64,000 nucleotides of DNA from an uncultured Thiohalobacter sp. (GTDB lineage: Bacteria; Pseudomonadota; Gammaproteobacteria; DSM-19610): assembly GCA_964433205.1 (NCBI GenBank), contig CAYSRA010000003.1, positions 670 through 64,669 on the forward strand. The letters run 5' to 3'. The notes under the pieces were generated by a model. It did no database searches and was not told the origin of the DNA. It saw only the letters and a program-made list of their open reading frames with translations. Positions 51,405 to 62,490 of this stretch are shown piece by piece. A program made the position numbers and the translations under genes. Every line of letters starts with the position of its first letter. Position 1 is the first letter of the stretch.

Positions 51405-51641
51405 TTAAACCTTTTCGCCGCGGCCGCGCATGTCGGCCAGCACGGTGTCGATACCGAGCTTGTCGATAATACGCATGCCCTTGGAGGAAACGCGCAGTTT
51501 CACCCAGCGCTGCTCATTTTCCACCCAGAAACGGTGGGTATGCAGGTTCGGCAGGAACCGGCGACGGGTTTTATTGTGTGCATGGGAAACATTGTTACCC
51601 GAGACCGGGCGCTTCCCGGTGACCTGACAAACTTTGGACAT
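51405..51641 (-). CDS. rpmB: 50S ribosomal protein L28
   Basis: [33 protein letters not shown]. The track ORF is extended upstream to 51758. Confidence 0.95.
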   Translation of the reverse strand: MSKVCQVTGKRPVSGNNVSHAHNKTRRRFLPNLHTHRFWVENEQRWVKLRVSSKGMRIIDKLGIDTVLADMRGRGEKV

Positions 51642-51811
51642 TGCTCTATTCCTCGAAGATTCTTGCACGGCCCGCCCGGAGGCGAGCAACGAGAACCGCG
51701 CTTTATACCAGAGCAGTAGCCGGTAGACAAGGTTTTTGCATTGGCGTCTGGCCGGCAACAGGAGTGGCGACCTTCGTGTAATGCGAGTGCAATGTATTGC
51801 AATACAGACTG

Positions 51812-52486
51812 TTATAGCCAGCCGCGCTGCGCGAACGACACCGATTTCTGGTCGCCGACGACAATATGATCCAGTACCCGGATGTCGACCAGCGCCAGTG
51901 CGTCACGCAGGCGGTCGGTGATGCGCCGGTCCGCCTGGCTGGGCTCGGCAACCCCGGACGGGTGATTATGGGCGAGAATCAGCGCGGCGGCATTGTGTTG
52001 CAACGCCCGGCGCACCACTTCGCGGGGATGGACACTGGCGCCATCGACAGTGCCGCGGAACAACTCCTCGCAAGCGATGACCCGGTGCCGGGTGTCAAGA
52101 AACAGGCAGGCGAACACCTCGTAGGGGTACTCGCGCAGTCTGGCCCTGAGGTAGCGCTCGGTGTCATCGGGGTTTTGCAGCGCATCATCGCGCGACAGGG
52201 CTTCGCCCAGGTGGCGGTGTGCCAGTTCCAGGACTGCCTGGAGTTGGGCAAACTTGGCATCTCCAAGACCCCGCGTACGGCAGAAGCGGGCATGATCTGC
52301 CTGAAACAGCGCACGCAGGCCGCCGTATTCGGAGATCAGGTCGCGGGCCAGGTCAACGGCGCTGCGGCCGGCGATGCCGGTACGCAGAAAAATCGCCAGC
52401 AGTTCCGCGTCTGACAGTGTATGCGCGCCGGATGCGAGCAGTTTTTCCCGCGGCCGCTCGGCTGCGGGCCATTGCTGGATCGACAT
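51812..52486 (-). CDS. radC: RadC/YicR family protein (JAMM motif)
   Basis: [17 protein letters not shown] and HNHPSG. The track starts two codons earlier at TTG 52492. Confidence 0.9.
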   Translation of the reverse strand: MSIQQWPAAERPREKLLASGAHTLSDAELLAIFLRTGIAGRSAVDLARDLISEYGGLRALFQADHARFCRTRGLGDAKFAQLQAVLELAHRHLGEALSRDDALQNPDDTERYLRARLREYPYEVFACLFLDTRHRVIACEELFRGTVDGASVHPREVVRRALQHNAAALILAHNHPSGVAEPSQADRRITDRLRDALALVDIRVLDHIVVGDQKSVSFAQRGWL

Positions 52487-52635
52487 GGTCAACCTCCCTG
52501 TTCACCGTTGTCATGAATGACGTGCTGCAGCCGATAATGGTCAGTCTGCGGGGCGGTGTAAAGTCCGCTGTTACCGTGAGCGCGGGCGCGAGACCGGGTC
52601 TTTCCGCGCGCGGCGCTTCTGGTACACTCACGACA

Positions 52636-53865
52636 ATGAGTTTTCTTGCGAAAAAACAGATTCTTCTCGGTGTCTGCGGCGGTATTGCCGCGTACAAGAG
52701 TGCGGATCTCGTTCGTCAGCTGAAAGCCGCGGGTGCCTGTGTGCGGGTGGTTATGACGCCGGCGGCGCGCGAATTTGTCGGTGAGCGCACCTTTCAGGTG
52801 CTGAGCGGCGAGCCGGTCTGGTGCAACTGGCAGGATGATCGCAGTGCCATGGATCACATTGATCTGGCGCGCTGGGCGGACCGTATCCTGATTGCGCCCG
52901 CCACGGCGGATACGCTGGCGAAACTGGCGCAGGGGCGTGCCGACGACCTGTTATCGGCCATTTGTCTCGCCAGCGAACGCCCGCCGGCCGTGGCACCGGC
53001 CATGAATCAGGCCATGTGGCGCAATGACGCGACGCAGGACAATATCAATATGTTGCGGCGCCGCCGGTTTGCGGTCTGGGGCCCGGCCGAGGGCGAACAG
53101 GCGTGCGGCGAAACCGGACCCGGCCGGATGCTGGAGCCGGCGGAGCTGGTGCGCCGGTTGTCGGACAGTTTTTCTACCGGTGCGCTGGCGGGGGCGCGCG
53201 TGCTGGTTACCGCCGGCCCCACCCGGGAGCCGCTCGATCCGGTGCGCTACCTGAGTAACCGCAGTTCCGGCAAGATGGGCTATGCGGTCGCAGAGGCGGC
53301 GCGTGAGGCGGGTGCCTCGGTGGTGCTGGTCAGCGGGCCCACCGCACTCGACGCTCCCTCAGGAGTGGAGACCGTGCGCGTCGAAACGGCGGCGGAGATG
53401 CTGGCGGCGGTACAGGCGCAACTGGCCTCCGGCTGCGACATCTACATCGGCGCAGCGGCCGTGGCGGACTACCGGCCGGCCGCGCCCGCCGCGCACAAGA
53501 TCAAGAAAAAGACCGAAACACTGTCGTTACCGTTGCAGCCGGTCACCGATATTCTCGCCACGGTGGCACGCAGTGAACCGCGCCCGTTTTGCGTCGGTTT
53601 CGCAGCGGAAACCGAAAATCTGCTGGCCTATGCACAGAAAAAGCGCATGGCCAAGGGCGTGGAACTGATCGCCGCCAACCTGGTTGGCGGCGGACTCGGT
53701 TTCGACAGCGATGACAACGCGTTGCTGCTGGTCTGGGAAGGCGGCAGTAAACGCCTTGAGCAAACCTCCAAGCGTCGCCTGGCGCGCCATTTGATAACCC
53801 GGGTCGCCGCGCTGTACGCCGGCGCCGGAACGCCACAGGAACATCATGCAGAGCATTCAGCTTAA
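52636..53865 (+). CDS. coaBC: Bifunctional phosphopantothenoylcysteine decarboxylase / synthetase
   Basis: [14 protein letters not shown] flavoprotein N-terminus and a CoaB C-terminal half. The track ORF starts 417 nt upstream, overlapping radC. Confidence 0.93.
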   Translation: MSFLAKKQILLGVCGGIAAYKSADLVRQLKAAGACVRVVMTPAAREFVGERTFQVLSGEPVWCNWQDDRSAMDHIDLARWADRILIAPATADTLAKLAQGRADDLLSAICLASERPPAVAPAMNQAMWRNDATQDNINMLRRRRFAVWGPAEGEQACGETGPGRMLEPAELVRRLSDSFSTGALAGARVLVTAGPTREPLDPVRYLSNRSSGKMGYAVAEAAREAGASVVLVSGPTALDAPSGVETVRVETAAEMLAAVQAQLASGCDIYIGAAAVADYRPAAPAAHKIKKKTETLSLPLQPVTDILATVARSEPRPFCVGFAAETENLLAYAQKKRMAKGVELIAANLVGGGLGFDSDDNALLLVWEGGSKRLEQTSKRRLARHLITRVAALYAGAGTPQEHHAEHSA

Positions 53866-54301
53866 AATTCTTGATTCGCGCATTGGCGCGGAGTATCCCA
53901 TGCCCGATTATGCCACCGATGGCTCTGCCGGCATGGATTTGCGCGCCTGCCTCGACACCGAGCTGGTGCTGGAGCCGGGCGCCACCGAACTGATTCCCAC
54001 CGGACTGGCAATTCATATCAGCGATCCGTCGCTGGCTGCCGTACTGCTGCCGCGCTCCGGTCTCGGGCACAAGCACGGCATTGTGCTGGGCAATCTCGTC
54101 GGCCTCATCGATTCGGATTACCAGGGCCAGTTGTACGTATCCTGCTGGAACCGGGGCGACAGCGCGTTTACGGTGCAGCCGGGAGAGCGGATCGCACAAA
54201 TGGTGTTCGTGCCTGTGGTGCGTGCAAGCTTTGAAGTTGTTGAGGAATTTGTCGATAGTGAACGTGGGGCCGGAGGTTTTGGGCATACCGGCCGCGCCTG
54301 A
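53846..54301 (+). CDS. dut: dUTP diphosphatase
   Basis: [37 protein letters not shown]. Confidence 0.95.
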   Translation: MQSIQLKILDSRIGAEYPMPDYATDGSAGMDLRACLDTELVLEPGATELIPTGLAIHISDPSLAAVLLPRSGLGHKHGIVLGNLVGLIDSDYQGQLYVSCWNRGDSAFTVQPGERIAQMVFVPVVRASFEVVEEFVDSERGAGGFGHTGRA

Positions 54302-54337
54302 CAGATTGACCAACCAGCCACCACTCAGGGACTGTTG

Positions 54338-56902
54338 ATGAAATTACCGTTTCTATCCGGTAAGGATAAGGGAAAGTCGGCCAAAACTGTGCCGGCGGGT
54401 GAACCTGCAAGTAAAACTGCAAAACGTCTCAGCCTGCGCAGCCAGATGCTGTTGCTGCTGCTGGCGGGCGCCCTGTTGACGGCAATCCCGCCGCTGGCTG
54501 TTTACGTACAAACCGAGGTCACGTTGCGGGAGGCGGGGCAGCGCCACGCTGAACAGGTCTCCGGGCTGCTGGCCGGGGTCGTCGGGCAGTGGGTCGCCGC
54601 TCAGGCCGCGACCGCCGAGCGGGCGGTGAAGAATCCGGAGCTTGCCCGGCTTATGGAACAGGACGATGCCTCGGCGCGGGATGCGGCAGCGGAGCGGCTT
54701 ACCGGTTTGTTTCCGACCGCAGTACGGGTGCGCCTGCTGCCGCGCGGTATTGAGGAAGTCGATCTCAATACCAGCCCGCCGATCGGTTATGCCGCCATCG
54801 ATATGCTCAGGTACGCAGAAACCCACGACACACCGCCGCCGGTAGAAGTCCATATGGGCGGCACGCCGCAGCAGCACATCAATCTTGTGCGGCGCATCCT
54901 CGATCCGACCGGCCGCCACATTGTCGGCCATTTGATGGTCAGTTTCCCTCTGCAGCCGCTACAGGCAATGCTGGCGAAGATACCGGTTGACGGTTACGTG
55001 GAATTGCAGCAGCTGGCCGGCATGACCCCGATGGTTTTCGCCAGCCAGGGGCCGGCCGCGCTCCGGCAGCAGGCTGACGTTCCGCCCATGCAATCGAAAG
55101 TGCCTGGCAGCCGCTGGCAGGTGGCCTACTGGCCGATGGCGATTGGTGCCGGCAGCGATATTTTGCTGATCGGGGCGATGGCAGCCGGCGCCGCGGCTGC
55201 CGCAGCGTTGGTGTTGCTGGTGTGGTTCGTCTTCCGTCGCGTGGTTGCTGCGCTGCGGCAGGATCAGGTGACAGCGCTGACTATCGTCAAGGATATGCGC
55301 GACGGTCGCGTAAGGCAGGAGTACCCCAGTGCGCTCGATGAGTGCCACGATACCATCGAACTGATGGTGCGCACCGCCAGCGCCGGCGTCCCCGCTGCGC
55401 CGGCAACAGCACCACGCGATGACGAGGTCGAAGCGTCCGATGTTGCGGGCGCGATTACCGACGAGATCGAGGGCGATCTGTTGTTTGACGATGCCGCACT
55501 GGAAGTCGCGCGTTCACATACCGACGGCGTCGGCCCCAGTGCCGAGATTTTTCGGGCCTACGACATACGCGGGATAGTGGGTGAGACATTGAATGCCGAT
55601 GTGGCCTACGAGATTGGCCGTGCCATCGGCAGTGAAGCCTACTACCGTGGCGAGCAGACTATTATTGTCGGCCGTGACGGCCGGCTGTCGGGGCCGGATA
55701 TTACCGCCGCGCTGATCCGTGGACTGGTTGCCACCGGCCGTGACGTCAAGGATATCGGCGAAGTACCTACGCCGGTGCTCTATTTTGCCGCGCAATACCT
55801 GGGCAGCGGTTCCGGCGTCATGGTGACCGGTAGTCATAACCCGGCTGACTACAACGGGTTCAAGATCGTGCTGGGTGGTGAAACGCTGGCGAACGAATCC
55901 ATTCAGGCCCTGCGCCAGCGCATCGAGGGCGGCGACCTGCTGACCGGTGAGGGTAGTGTCGAGGAAATCGACGTGTTGCCCGATTACATCGAGCGGGTGA
56001 AAAGCGACGTGCAGATTGTGCGGCCGATGAAGGTGGTGGTGGACTGCGGCAATGGTGTTGCCGGTGTCGCCGCGCCGCGGCTGTTGCGAGAGCTGGGCTG
56101 CGAGGTGGTCGAGCTGTTCTGCGAGGTCGACGGTAATTTCCCCAACCATCACCCCGACCCGGGCAAACCCGAAAATCTCGCGGCACTGATACAGGCGGTG
56201 CAGGAGCACGGCGCAGAAATCGGCATTGCCTTCGACGGCGACGGTGACCGCATCGGTGTGGTCAGTTCCAGCGGCGAAATTATCTGGCCGGACCGCCTGC
56301 TGATGTTGCTGGCGAAAGATGTGCTGGCGCGCAACCCGGGCGCACAAATTATCTATGACGTGAAGTGCTCGCGTCATGTCGCCACCATTGTCGCCGAACA
56401 CGGCGGCGAACCGTTGATGTGGGCGACCGGGCATTCATTGATCAAGGCGAAGATGAAGGAAACCGGTGCGCTGCTGGCCGGTGAAATGAGCGGCCATGTG
56501 TTTTTCAAGGAGCGCTGGTTCGGGTTTGACGATGCGCTCTATACCGCTGCACGGTTGCTGGAAATTCTCGCCAACGATGCGCGCAGTTCCAGCGACGTGT
56601 TCGCCGAATTGCCGGACAGCGTCAATACGCCGGAGCTCAGTGTACCCATGGCTGAAGGCGAGCCACCGGTGTACATGGAGAAACTGCTCAACAGCGCGCA
56701 TTTCGAGAACGCGCGTATCGCCACCATCGATGGTATGCGGGTCGAGTTCGAGCGTGGCTGGGGTCTGGTACGCGCCTCCAACACCACGCCCTGTCTGGTG
56801 CTGCGCTTCGAGGCAGACGATGAAATAGCGCTCAGCACCATACAGGACGAGTTCCGCCGTGTTATGTTACAGGTTGACCCCAACCTGTCATTACCGTTCT
56901 GA
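54338..56902 (+). CDS. algC: Phosphomannomutase/phosphoglucomutase with roughly 400-aa membrane-anchored N-terminal extension
   Basis: C-terminal 450 aa: FRAYDIRG, TGSHNPADYNG, DGDGDR, GEMSGH. N-terminal part has two TM segments (LLLLLAGALLTAIPPLAVYV; LLIGAMAAGAAAAAALVLLVWFVF) flanking a roughly 215-aa loop. Confidence 0.85.
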   Translation: MKLPFLSGKDKGKSAKTVPAGEPASKTAKRLSLRSQMLLLLLAGALLTAIPPLAVYVQTEVTLREAGQRHAEQVSGLLAGVVGQWVAAQAATAERAVKNPELARLMEQDDASARDAAAERLTGLFPTAVRVRLLPRGIEEVDLNTSPPIGYAAIDMLRYAETHDTPPPVEVHMGGTPQQHINLVRRILDPTGRHIVGHLMVSFPLQPLQAMLAKIPVDGYVELQQLAGMTPMVFASQGPAALRQQADVPPMQSKVPGSRWQVAYWPMAIGAGSDILLIGAMAAGAAAAAALVLLVWFVFRRVVAALRQDQVTALTIVKDMRDGRVRQEYPSALDECHDTIELMVRTASAGVPAAPATAPRDDEVEASDVAGAITDEIEGDLLFDDAALEVARSHTDGVGPSAEIFRAYDIRGIVGETLNADVAYEIGRAIGSEAYYRGEQTIIVGRDGRLSGPDITAALIRGLVATGRDVKDIGEVPTPVLYFAAQYLGSGSGVMVTGSHNPADYNGFKIVLGGETLANESIQALRQRIEGGDLLTGEGSVEEIDVLPDYIERVKSDVQIVRPMKVVVDCGNGVAGVAAPRLLRELGCEVVELFCEVDGNFPNHHPDPGKPENLAALIQAVQEHGAEIGIAFDGDGDRIGVVSSSGEIIWPDRLLMLLAKDVLARNPGAQIIYDVKCSRHVATIVAEHGGEPLMWATGHSLIKAKMKETGALLAGEMSGHVFFKERWFGFDDALYTAARLLEILANDARSSSDVFAELPDSVNTPELSVPMAEGEPPVYMEKLLNSAHFENARIATIDGMRVEFERGWGLVRASNTTPCLVLRFEADDEIALSTIQDEFRRVMLQVDPNLSLPF

Positions 56903-57799
<897 letters not shown>

Positions 57800-57806
57800 T
57801 CAGCGG

Positions 57807-58469
57807 CTATTTGCCGGCGGTCTCGACAGCTTCCCGTTCGGCGGCTTTCAGTTCACGGAAGCGCTTGATGTCGGCTTCGAACTTTTCCCTGATGGCCTGC
57901 TGTTCCAGCCGGCGGTTATCGATATAGGCGATGTTCTGCTGAATCTGGTTGCGTGATTCGCCGATTTGCCGGGTCAGCGATTCCGGTACCGGTTTGCCCG
58001 AGCGCTCCATGTTGGCGGCACGTTTTTTCTGCGCGGTCAGGCGTTGACGGATTTTCGCGATACGCCCGTTGGTCACGCGAATGATCGCTTCGATGGCTTC
58101 GATCTTGCCATCGCGTGTCAGGATCATTTCGTCTTCGTTGGTAAAGGTATCGAGGAGTATGCGATCCTTGCGTTGCTGTTCGTGCCGTTTGCGTTCCTGT
58201 TCGGCCTTGATCGCTGCCAGACGCTGCTCTTCCTTGATCTGTTCGGGCGTTTTGGCGGCGGCACGGGTTTCGACCACCACGCCCTGGCTGTTCAGCGTCT
58301 GCACGCTCTGTTTCGCGTAGCGCGCGGGAATGTGGTCGCCGTACTGTACCCGGCCGTTTTCATCGACCCATTTTTTCAGTTTGCCGGCCTGGGCGGGTGT
58401 GACGGACAGCGCGACAACAGCGCACAGTCCGATCGCTGAAAGTTGTTTGATGCGAGCAAGCGTTTTCAT
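57807..58469 (-). CDS. DUF4124-like periplasmic coiled-coil protein
   Basis: Signal peptide, KWVDENGRVQYGD, then a long Lys/Glu/Arg-rich helix. Confidence 0.7.
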   Translation of the reverse strand: MKTLARIKQLSAIGLCAVVALSVTPAQAGKLKKWVDENGRVQYGDHIPARYAKQSVQTLNSQGVVVETRAAAKTPEQIKEEQRLAAIKAEQERKRHEQQRKDRILLDTFTNEDEMILTRDGKIEAIEAIIRVTNGRIAKIRQRLTAQKKRAANMERSGKPVPESLTRQIGESRNQIQQNIAYIDNRRLEQQAIREKFEADIKRFRELKAAEREAVETAGK

Positions 58470-58502
58470 GTTGATCTTTCCAAATCTGCGAGTTACCGGT
58501 TA

Positions 58503-59258
58503 GTGGAACTGCTGAACCAGTTTGCGTTGTTTGTTATTTCCCTGCTGGCGAACCTGCTGTCTGCATTTTCGGGTGGCGGCGCCGGGCTGATCCAGTTGCC
58601 GGCGCTGATCTTTCTGGGACTGCCATTCGTGATCGCGCTGGCCACCCACAAAGTCGCCAGTGTTGCCCTTGGTATCGGCGCGACGGTGCGTCACTTGAGG
58701 GAAGGTGGGCTCGAAAAACGCCTTGCGCTGTTTATACTTGCGACCGGCCTGCCGGGCGTGGTCATCGGTGCAAACCTGATTGTCGATATACCCGGCCGGG
58801 TCGCCGAAGTGGCGTTGGGTATTCTGACAGCCGGGCTCGGCTTGTACTCGTGGCGGCGCCCGGAACTGGGGCAGCTGGAAAACCTTCAGCACCGGGACCG
58901 GCGTGGCTTCCTCGTTGGCGGCGTGGGGCTGTTTGTCATCGGTGCCCTGAACGGTTCCCTGACCTCCGGCACCGGCCTGTTCGTGACACTGTGGCTGGTG
59001 CGCTGGTTTGGTTTCGAGTACAAACGCGCCATTGCCTATACGCTGGTGCTGGTCGGGATTTTCTGGAATGGCGCCGGCGCGCTGACGCTGGGGCTGCTCG
59101 CGGAAATCCGCTGGGACTGGCTGCCGGCTCTGTTGCTGGGTTCACTGCTGGGCGGCTATTTCGGTGCGCACCTGGCGATCCGGCAGGGAAATCGCTGGAT
59201 CAAGCGGGGGTTTGAAGTGGTCACGCTGGTGATCGGGGTTAAATTGATCATCGGTTGA
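58503..59258 (+). CDS. TSUP (TauE/SafE) family membrane transporter
   Basis: SGGGAGLIQLPALIFLGLP and a repeated 4-TM pattern. Start uncertain: GTG 58503 avoids overlap, whereas the track's TTG 58443 overlaps the convergent gene's start. Confidence 0.75.
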   Translation: MELLNQFALFVISLLANLLSAFSGGGAGLIQLPALIFLGLPFVIALATHKVASVALGIGATVRHLREGGLEKRLALFILATGLPGVVIGANLIVDIPGRVAEVALGILTAGLGLYSWRRPELGQLENLQHRDRRGFLVGGVGLFVIGALNGSLTSGTGLFVTLWLVRWFGFEYKRAIAYTLVLVGIFWNGAGALTLGLLAEIRWDWLPALLLGSLLGGYFGAHLAIRQGNRWIKRGFEVVTLVIGVKLIIG

Positions 59259-59274
59259 TTTGGGGTGGGTGCGA

Positions 59275-59491
59275 AGTGCCGGTGGGTTCGGGCGGGACGG
59301 GGGGCTTTCCGGCTCAACGGTTTGCCCGCTACGCGGGTACCCTGCGCTTCTCGCGCCATGTGGCGCGGTCCCAAACTCGCGGTTTCTGCGAAACCGCTCA
59401 AACAGGGACCGCTTCATCCACATGTCGCTGCGATGCTCGGCTGCACCGATTCGCCGGAAAGCCCCCCGTCCCGCCCGAACCCACCGGCACT
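59275..59491. repeat. 39-bp perfect inverted repeat pair enclosing 139 bp (MITE-like or long hairpin)
   Basis: 59275-59313 (AGTGCCGGTGGGTTCGGGCGGGACGGGGGGCTTTCCGGC) is the exact reverse complement of 59453-59491. Confidence 0.85.
59324..59444 (+). repeat. REP-like structured repeat, copy 1 (inside the 39-bp IR loop)
   Basis: Starts GCCCGCTACGCGGGTACCCTGCGCTTCTCG and ends CTGCGATGCTCGGCTGC, with internal hairpins GCGCCAtgTGGCGC and GCGGTTTctgcgAAACCGC. Confidence 0.8.
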
Positions 59492-59581
59492 GGAATTTTT
59501 GGGGCAGACGCGGGAAAGGATAGTTTGTTGCCCCACGGAAAGAGTCACGGGTTGACCTCCCTCCCGCCATTCGGCGTCGGC

Positions 59582-59708
59582 GCAGCCGAGCATCGCAGAC
59601 GTTTTGCGATAGAGCGAGCGTTGTCTGAGTGGTTCGCGCGTTAGCGCGGACCGCGAGTTTAGCGAGCGCGCAAAATGTCGAGAAGCGCAGGGAACCCGCG
59701 TAGCGGGC
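59582..59708 (-). repeat. REP-like structured repeat, copy 2 (inverted orientation)
   Basis: The reverse complement shares the 30-mer (29/30), the internal AAACTCGCGG block at the same offset, and the terminal 17-mer (17/17) with copy 1. The interior has diverged. Confidence 0.8.
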
Positions 59709-59777
59709 AAGTCGTTGTCGAATATCGGGGGGCGGTCAGCCCGCGACGTAAATCATCCACCGGAATCCTCCGTCCCG

Positions 59778-60425
59778 TCAGGCTGCAATGCCGTATCTGG
59801 CCCGATAGTCCGCGATAGCCGCCAGCGCATCGGCATACTCCGGCCGGTCCTTCAAAAAGTCCTGCAACTCCGCAAGTGTGACGATACTGGCGACCTTCAG
59901 CCCCAGGTCCTGTTCGACTTCCTGGATCGCCGAGCGGTCGCCCTGACCGCGTTCCTGGCGATCCAGCGCAATCACCACGCCGGCGGCGCTGGCGCCCGCG
60001 GCGTCGATGATTTGCAGGGATTCGCGGATGGCGGTGCCGGCGGTGATCACGTCATCGATGATCAGTACGCGGCCCTCCAGCGGTGCGCCGACCAGATTGC
60101 CGCCTTCGCCGTGGTCCTTGGCTTCCTTGCGGTTGAAGCACCAGGGGGTGTCGAAGTCGTGGTGGTCAGCGAGTGCGATGCTGGCGGCGGCGGCCAGCGG
60201 GATGCCCTTGTAGGCCGGGCCGAACAGTACATCGAAGCCGATGCCGGAATCGACGATGGCCCGGGCGTAGAAACGGCCCAGCCGGGCCAGGTGGCTGCCA
60301 CGGTTGAACAGGCCGGCATTGAAGAAATAAGGGCTGACGCGCCCGGATTTGAGGGTGAATTCGCCGAAGCGCAGCACGCCGGCGTCGATGGCGAATTCGA
60401 GAAATTCCTGTTTGTAGGCTTGCAT
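59778..60425 (-). CDS. pyrE: Orotate phosphoribosyltransferase
   Basis: [40 protein letters not shown]. Confidence 0.95.
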   Translation of the reverse strand: MQAYKQEFLEFAIDAGVLRFGEFTLKSGRVSPYFFNAGLFNRGSHLARLGRFYARAIVDSGIGFDVLFGPAYKGIPLAAAASIALADHHDFDTPWCFNRKEAKDHGEGGNLVGAPLEGRVLIIDDVITAGTAIRESLQIIDAAGASAAGVVIALDRQERGQGDRSAIQEVEQDLGLKVASIVTLAELQDFLKDRPEYADALAAIADYRARYGIAA

Positions 60426-60487
60426 GGTATCCACCGGGAATGAAAAAGCTCCGGTATGATACACGCGCAACCGCAACAGGAGAACGC

Positions 60488-61261
60488 ATGCGCATCATTA
60501 CCATCAACGTGAACGGGATACGTTCGGCCGCCAGCAAGGGTTTTTTTACCTGGATGACGCGCCAGCGCGCGGACGTTGTCTGTATACAGGAAACCAAGGC
60601 CCAGGTGCACCAGTTGAAGGACCCGGTGTTCTGGCCGCGTGGCTGGTATGCGTATTACCACGATGCGGAGAAGAAGGGTTACAGCGGTGTCGCCATCTAT
60701 TGCCGGCGCGAGCCGGACAAGGTGATCAGTGGCCTGGGGTGGCCGGACGTGGACGCCGAGGGGCGTTACCTCGAAGTGCGTTTTGGTTCACTGGGCGTGG
60801 TGTCGCTGTACCTGCACTCCGGGTCTTCCGGTGAGGAGCGCCAGCAGAAAAAGTTCGACATGATGAAGCGTTTCATGACGCACCTGCGCAAGCTGCGGCG
60901 CAGCCGCCGCGAGTACGTGATCTGCGGCGACTGGAATATTGCCCACCGAGAGATCGACCTGAAAAACTGGCGCAGCAACCAGAAGAATTCCGGCTTTTTG
61001 CCCGAAGAGCGCGCGTGGATGGATGAGCTGTTCGGTCCGGTGGGCTTTGTCGATGCCTTCCGCGTCGTCGACCAGCGGCCGGACCAGTACACCTGGTGGT
61101 CGAACCGTGGCCGCGCCTGGGAAAAGAACGTGGGCTGGCGTATCGATTACCAGGTGGTGACGCCGGGACTTGCGAAACGGGTAAAGAAAGCGCGCATCTA
61201 CAAGGACAAGCGGTTTTCTGATCATGCACCGCTGATTATCGATTACGACTACACACTATGA
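60488..61261 (+). CDS. xthA: Exodeoxyribonuclease III family protein (catalytic residues retained)
   Basis: [38 protein letters not shown]. Confidence 0.85.
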   Translation: MRIITINVNGIRSAASKGFFTWMTRQRADVVCIQETKAQVHQLKDPVFWPRGWYAYYHDAEKKGYSGVAIYCRREPDKVISGLGWPDVDAEGRYLEVRFGSLGVVSLYLHSGSSGEERQQKKFDMMKRFMTHLRKLRRSRREYVICGDWNIAHREIDLKNWRSNQKNSGFLPEERAWMDELFGPVGFVDAFRVVDQRPDQYTWWSNRGRAWEKNVGWRIDYQVVTPGLAKRVKKARIYKDKRFSDHAPLIIDYDYTL

Positions 61262-62490
61262 CGCATACGGTCAGGGTCGTATTCTCGGGGCGCATGCTGG
61301 TGGCCCTGCTGATGGGGTTCTCCTCCGGCCTGCCGTTGCTGCTGACCGGCTCCGTGCTGCAGGCGTGGATGACCGAGGAGGGCGTCGATCTTGGCACCAT
61401 CGGCCTGTTTGCGCTGGTCGGTCTGCCCTACACCCTGAAGTTCCTGTGGGCGCCGCTGGTGGATCGTTTTTCACTGCCGTTGCTGGGGCGGCGCCGCGGC
61501 TGGCTGTTGCTTGTGCAGGCATGTCTGATGCTGGCGATCGCGGCGCTGGGCTGGACGCACCCTGCACAGAATGCCCTGCCGGTGGCCCTGGCAGCATTGC
61601 TGGTGACGTTTTTTTCCGCCAGCCAGGACATTGTGATCGATGCTTACCGGCGCGAGGCGCTGGCCGACCGGGAACTGGGACTGGGGGCCTCGTTGTACGT
61701 GAACGGCTATCGTACCGGCATGCTGCTGGCTTCGGGCGGCGGTCTGATACTGGCCGATTTCATCCCTTTTCCGCAGGTCTACCAGCTCATGGCAATGGTC
61801 ATGCTGGTCGGTATCGGAACGACGTTGTTCGCGCCCGAGCCGCAGGCGGCCCAGGGACTGCCCAGCACGTTACGCGAAGCCGTCATTCATCCCTTTGTCG
61901 ATTATTTCAGGCGCCACCATGCGTGGCTGATCCTGCTGTTTATCCTGTTATTCAAGGTTGGTGACACCATGGCCAGCCATATGACCATTCCGTTCTATCT
62001 CGATCTCGGTTTCAGCAAGACCGAGATCGGCGCGGTGGTCAAGGTGTTCGGCTTTTCCGCCATCCTGGCGGGCGGGCTGGTGGGTGGCATCGTGATGCTG
62101 CGCATCGGCATCTACCGCGCGTTGTGGGGCTTCGGGATCTTGCAGGCGGTATCGACAGCGGGCTTTGCGCTGCTGGCCATCACCGGTTACAGCCTGCCGA
62201 TGCTGACCGCGGTGATCGCATTCGAGAACTTCAGCGGCGGCATGGGGACGTCGGCGTTTGTCGCGTTCATGGCCAGTCTCACCAACCGCCGTTTTACCGC
62301 GACCCAGTATGCGCTGCTATCCAGTCTGATGGGGATACCGCGCGTCATCGTCGCGGCGCCAACCGGCTACATGGTGGAAGGGCTCGGCTGGGTCGGTTTC
62401 TTTGTGTTCTGTACCCTGATCGCAATACCCGGTCTGTTGCTGCTGACGCGGTTCCGGGGCTGGTTGACGGAGGCCGATCGTGCTGACTGA
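61258..62490 (+). CDS. ampG: AmpG family muropeptide MFS transporter
   Basis: GFSSGLPLLLTGSVLQAWM, LVGLPYTLKFLWAPLVDR, multiple TMs. ATGA overlap with the preceding gene. Confidence 0.88.
   Translation: MTHTVRVVFSGRMLVALLMGFSSGLPLLLTGSVLQAWMTEEGVDLGTIGLFALVGLPYTLKFLWAPLVDRFSLPLLGRRRGWLLLVQACLMLAIAALGWTHPAQNALPVALAALLVTFFSASQDIVIDAYRREALADRELGLGASLYVNGYRTGMLLASGGGLILADFIPFPQVYQLMAMVMLVGIGTTLFAPEPQAAQGLPSTLREAVIHPFVDYFRRHHAWLILLFILLFKVGDTMASHMTIPFYLDLGFSKTEIGAVVKVFGFSAILAGGLVGGIVMLRIGIYRALWGFGILQAVSTAGFALLAITGYSLPMLTAVIAFENFSGGMGTSAFVAFMASLTNRRFTATQYALLSSLMGIPRVIVAAPTGYMVEGLGWVGFFVFCTLIAIPGLLLLTRFRGWLTEADRAD

Noticed and set aside
59255-59710. Four 81-129-aa ORFs across the repeat region
   Set aside because: They run through both arms of perfect inverted repeats on both strands and lack SDs. 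They are repeat-derived artefacts.
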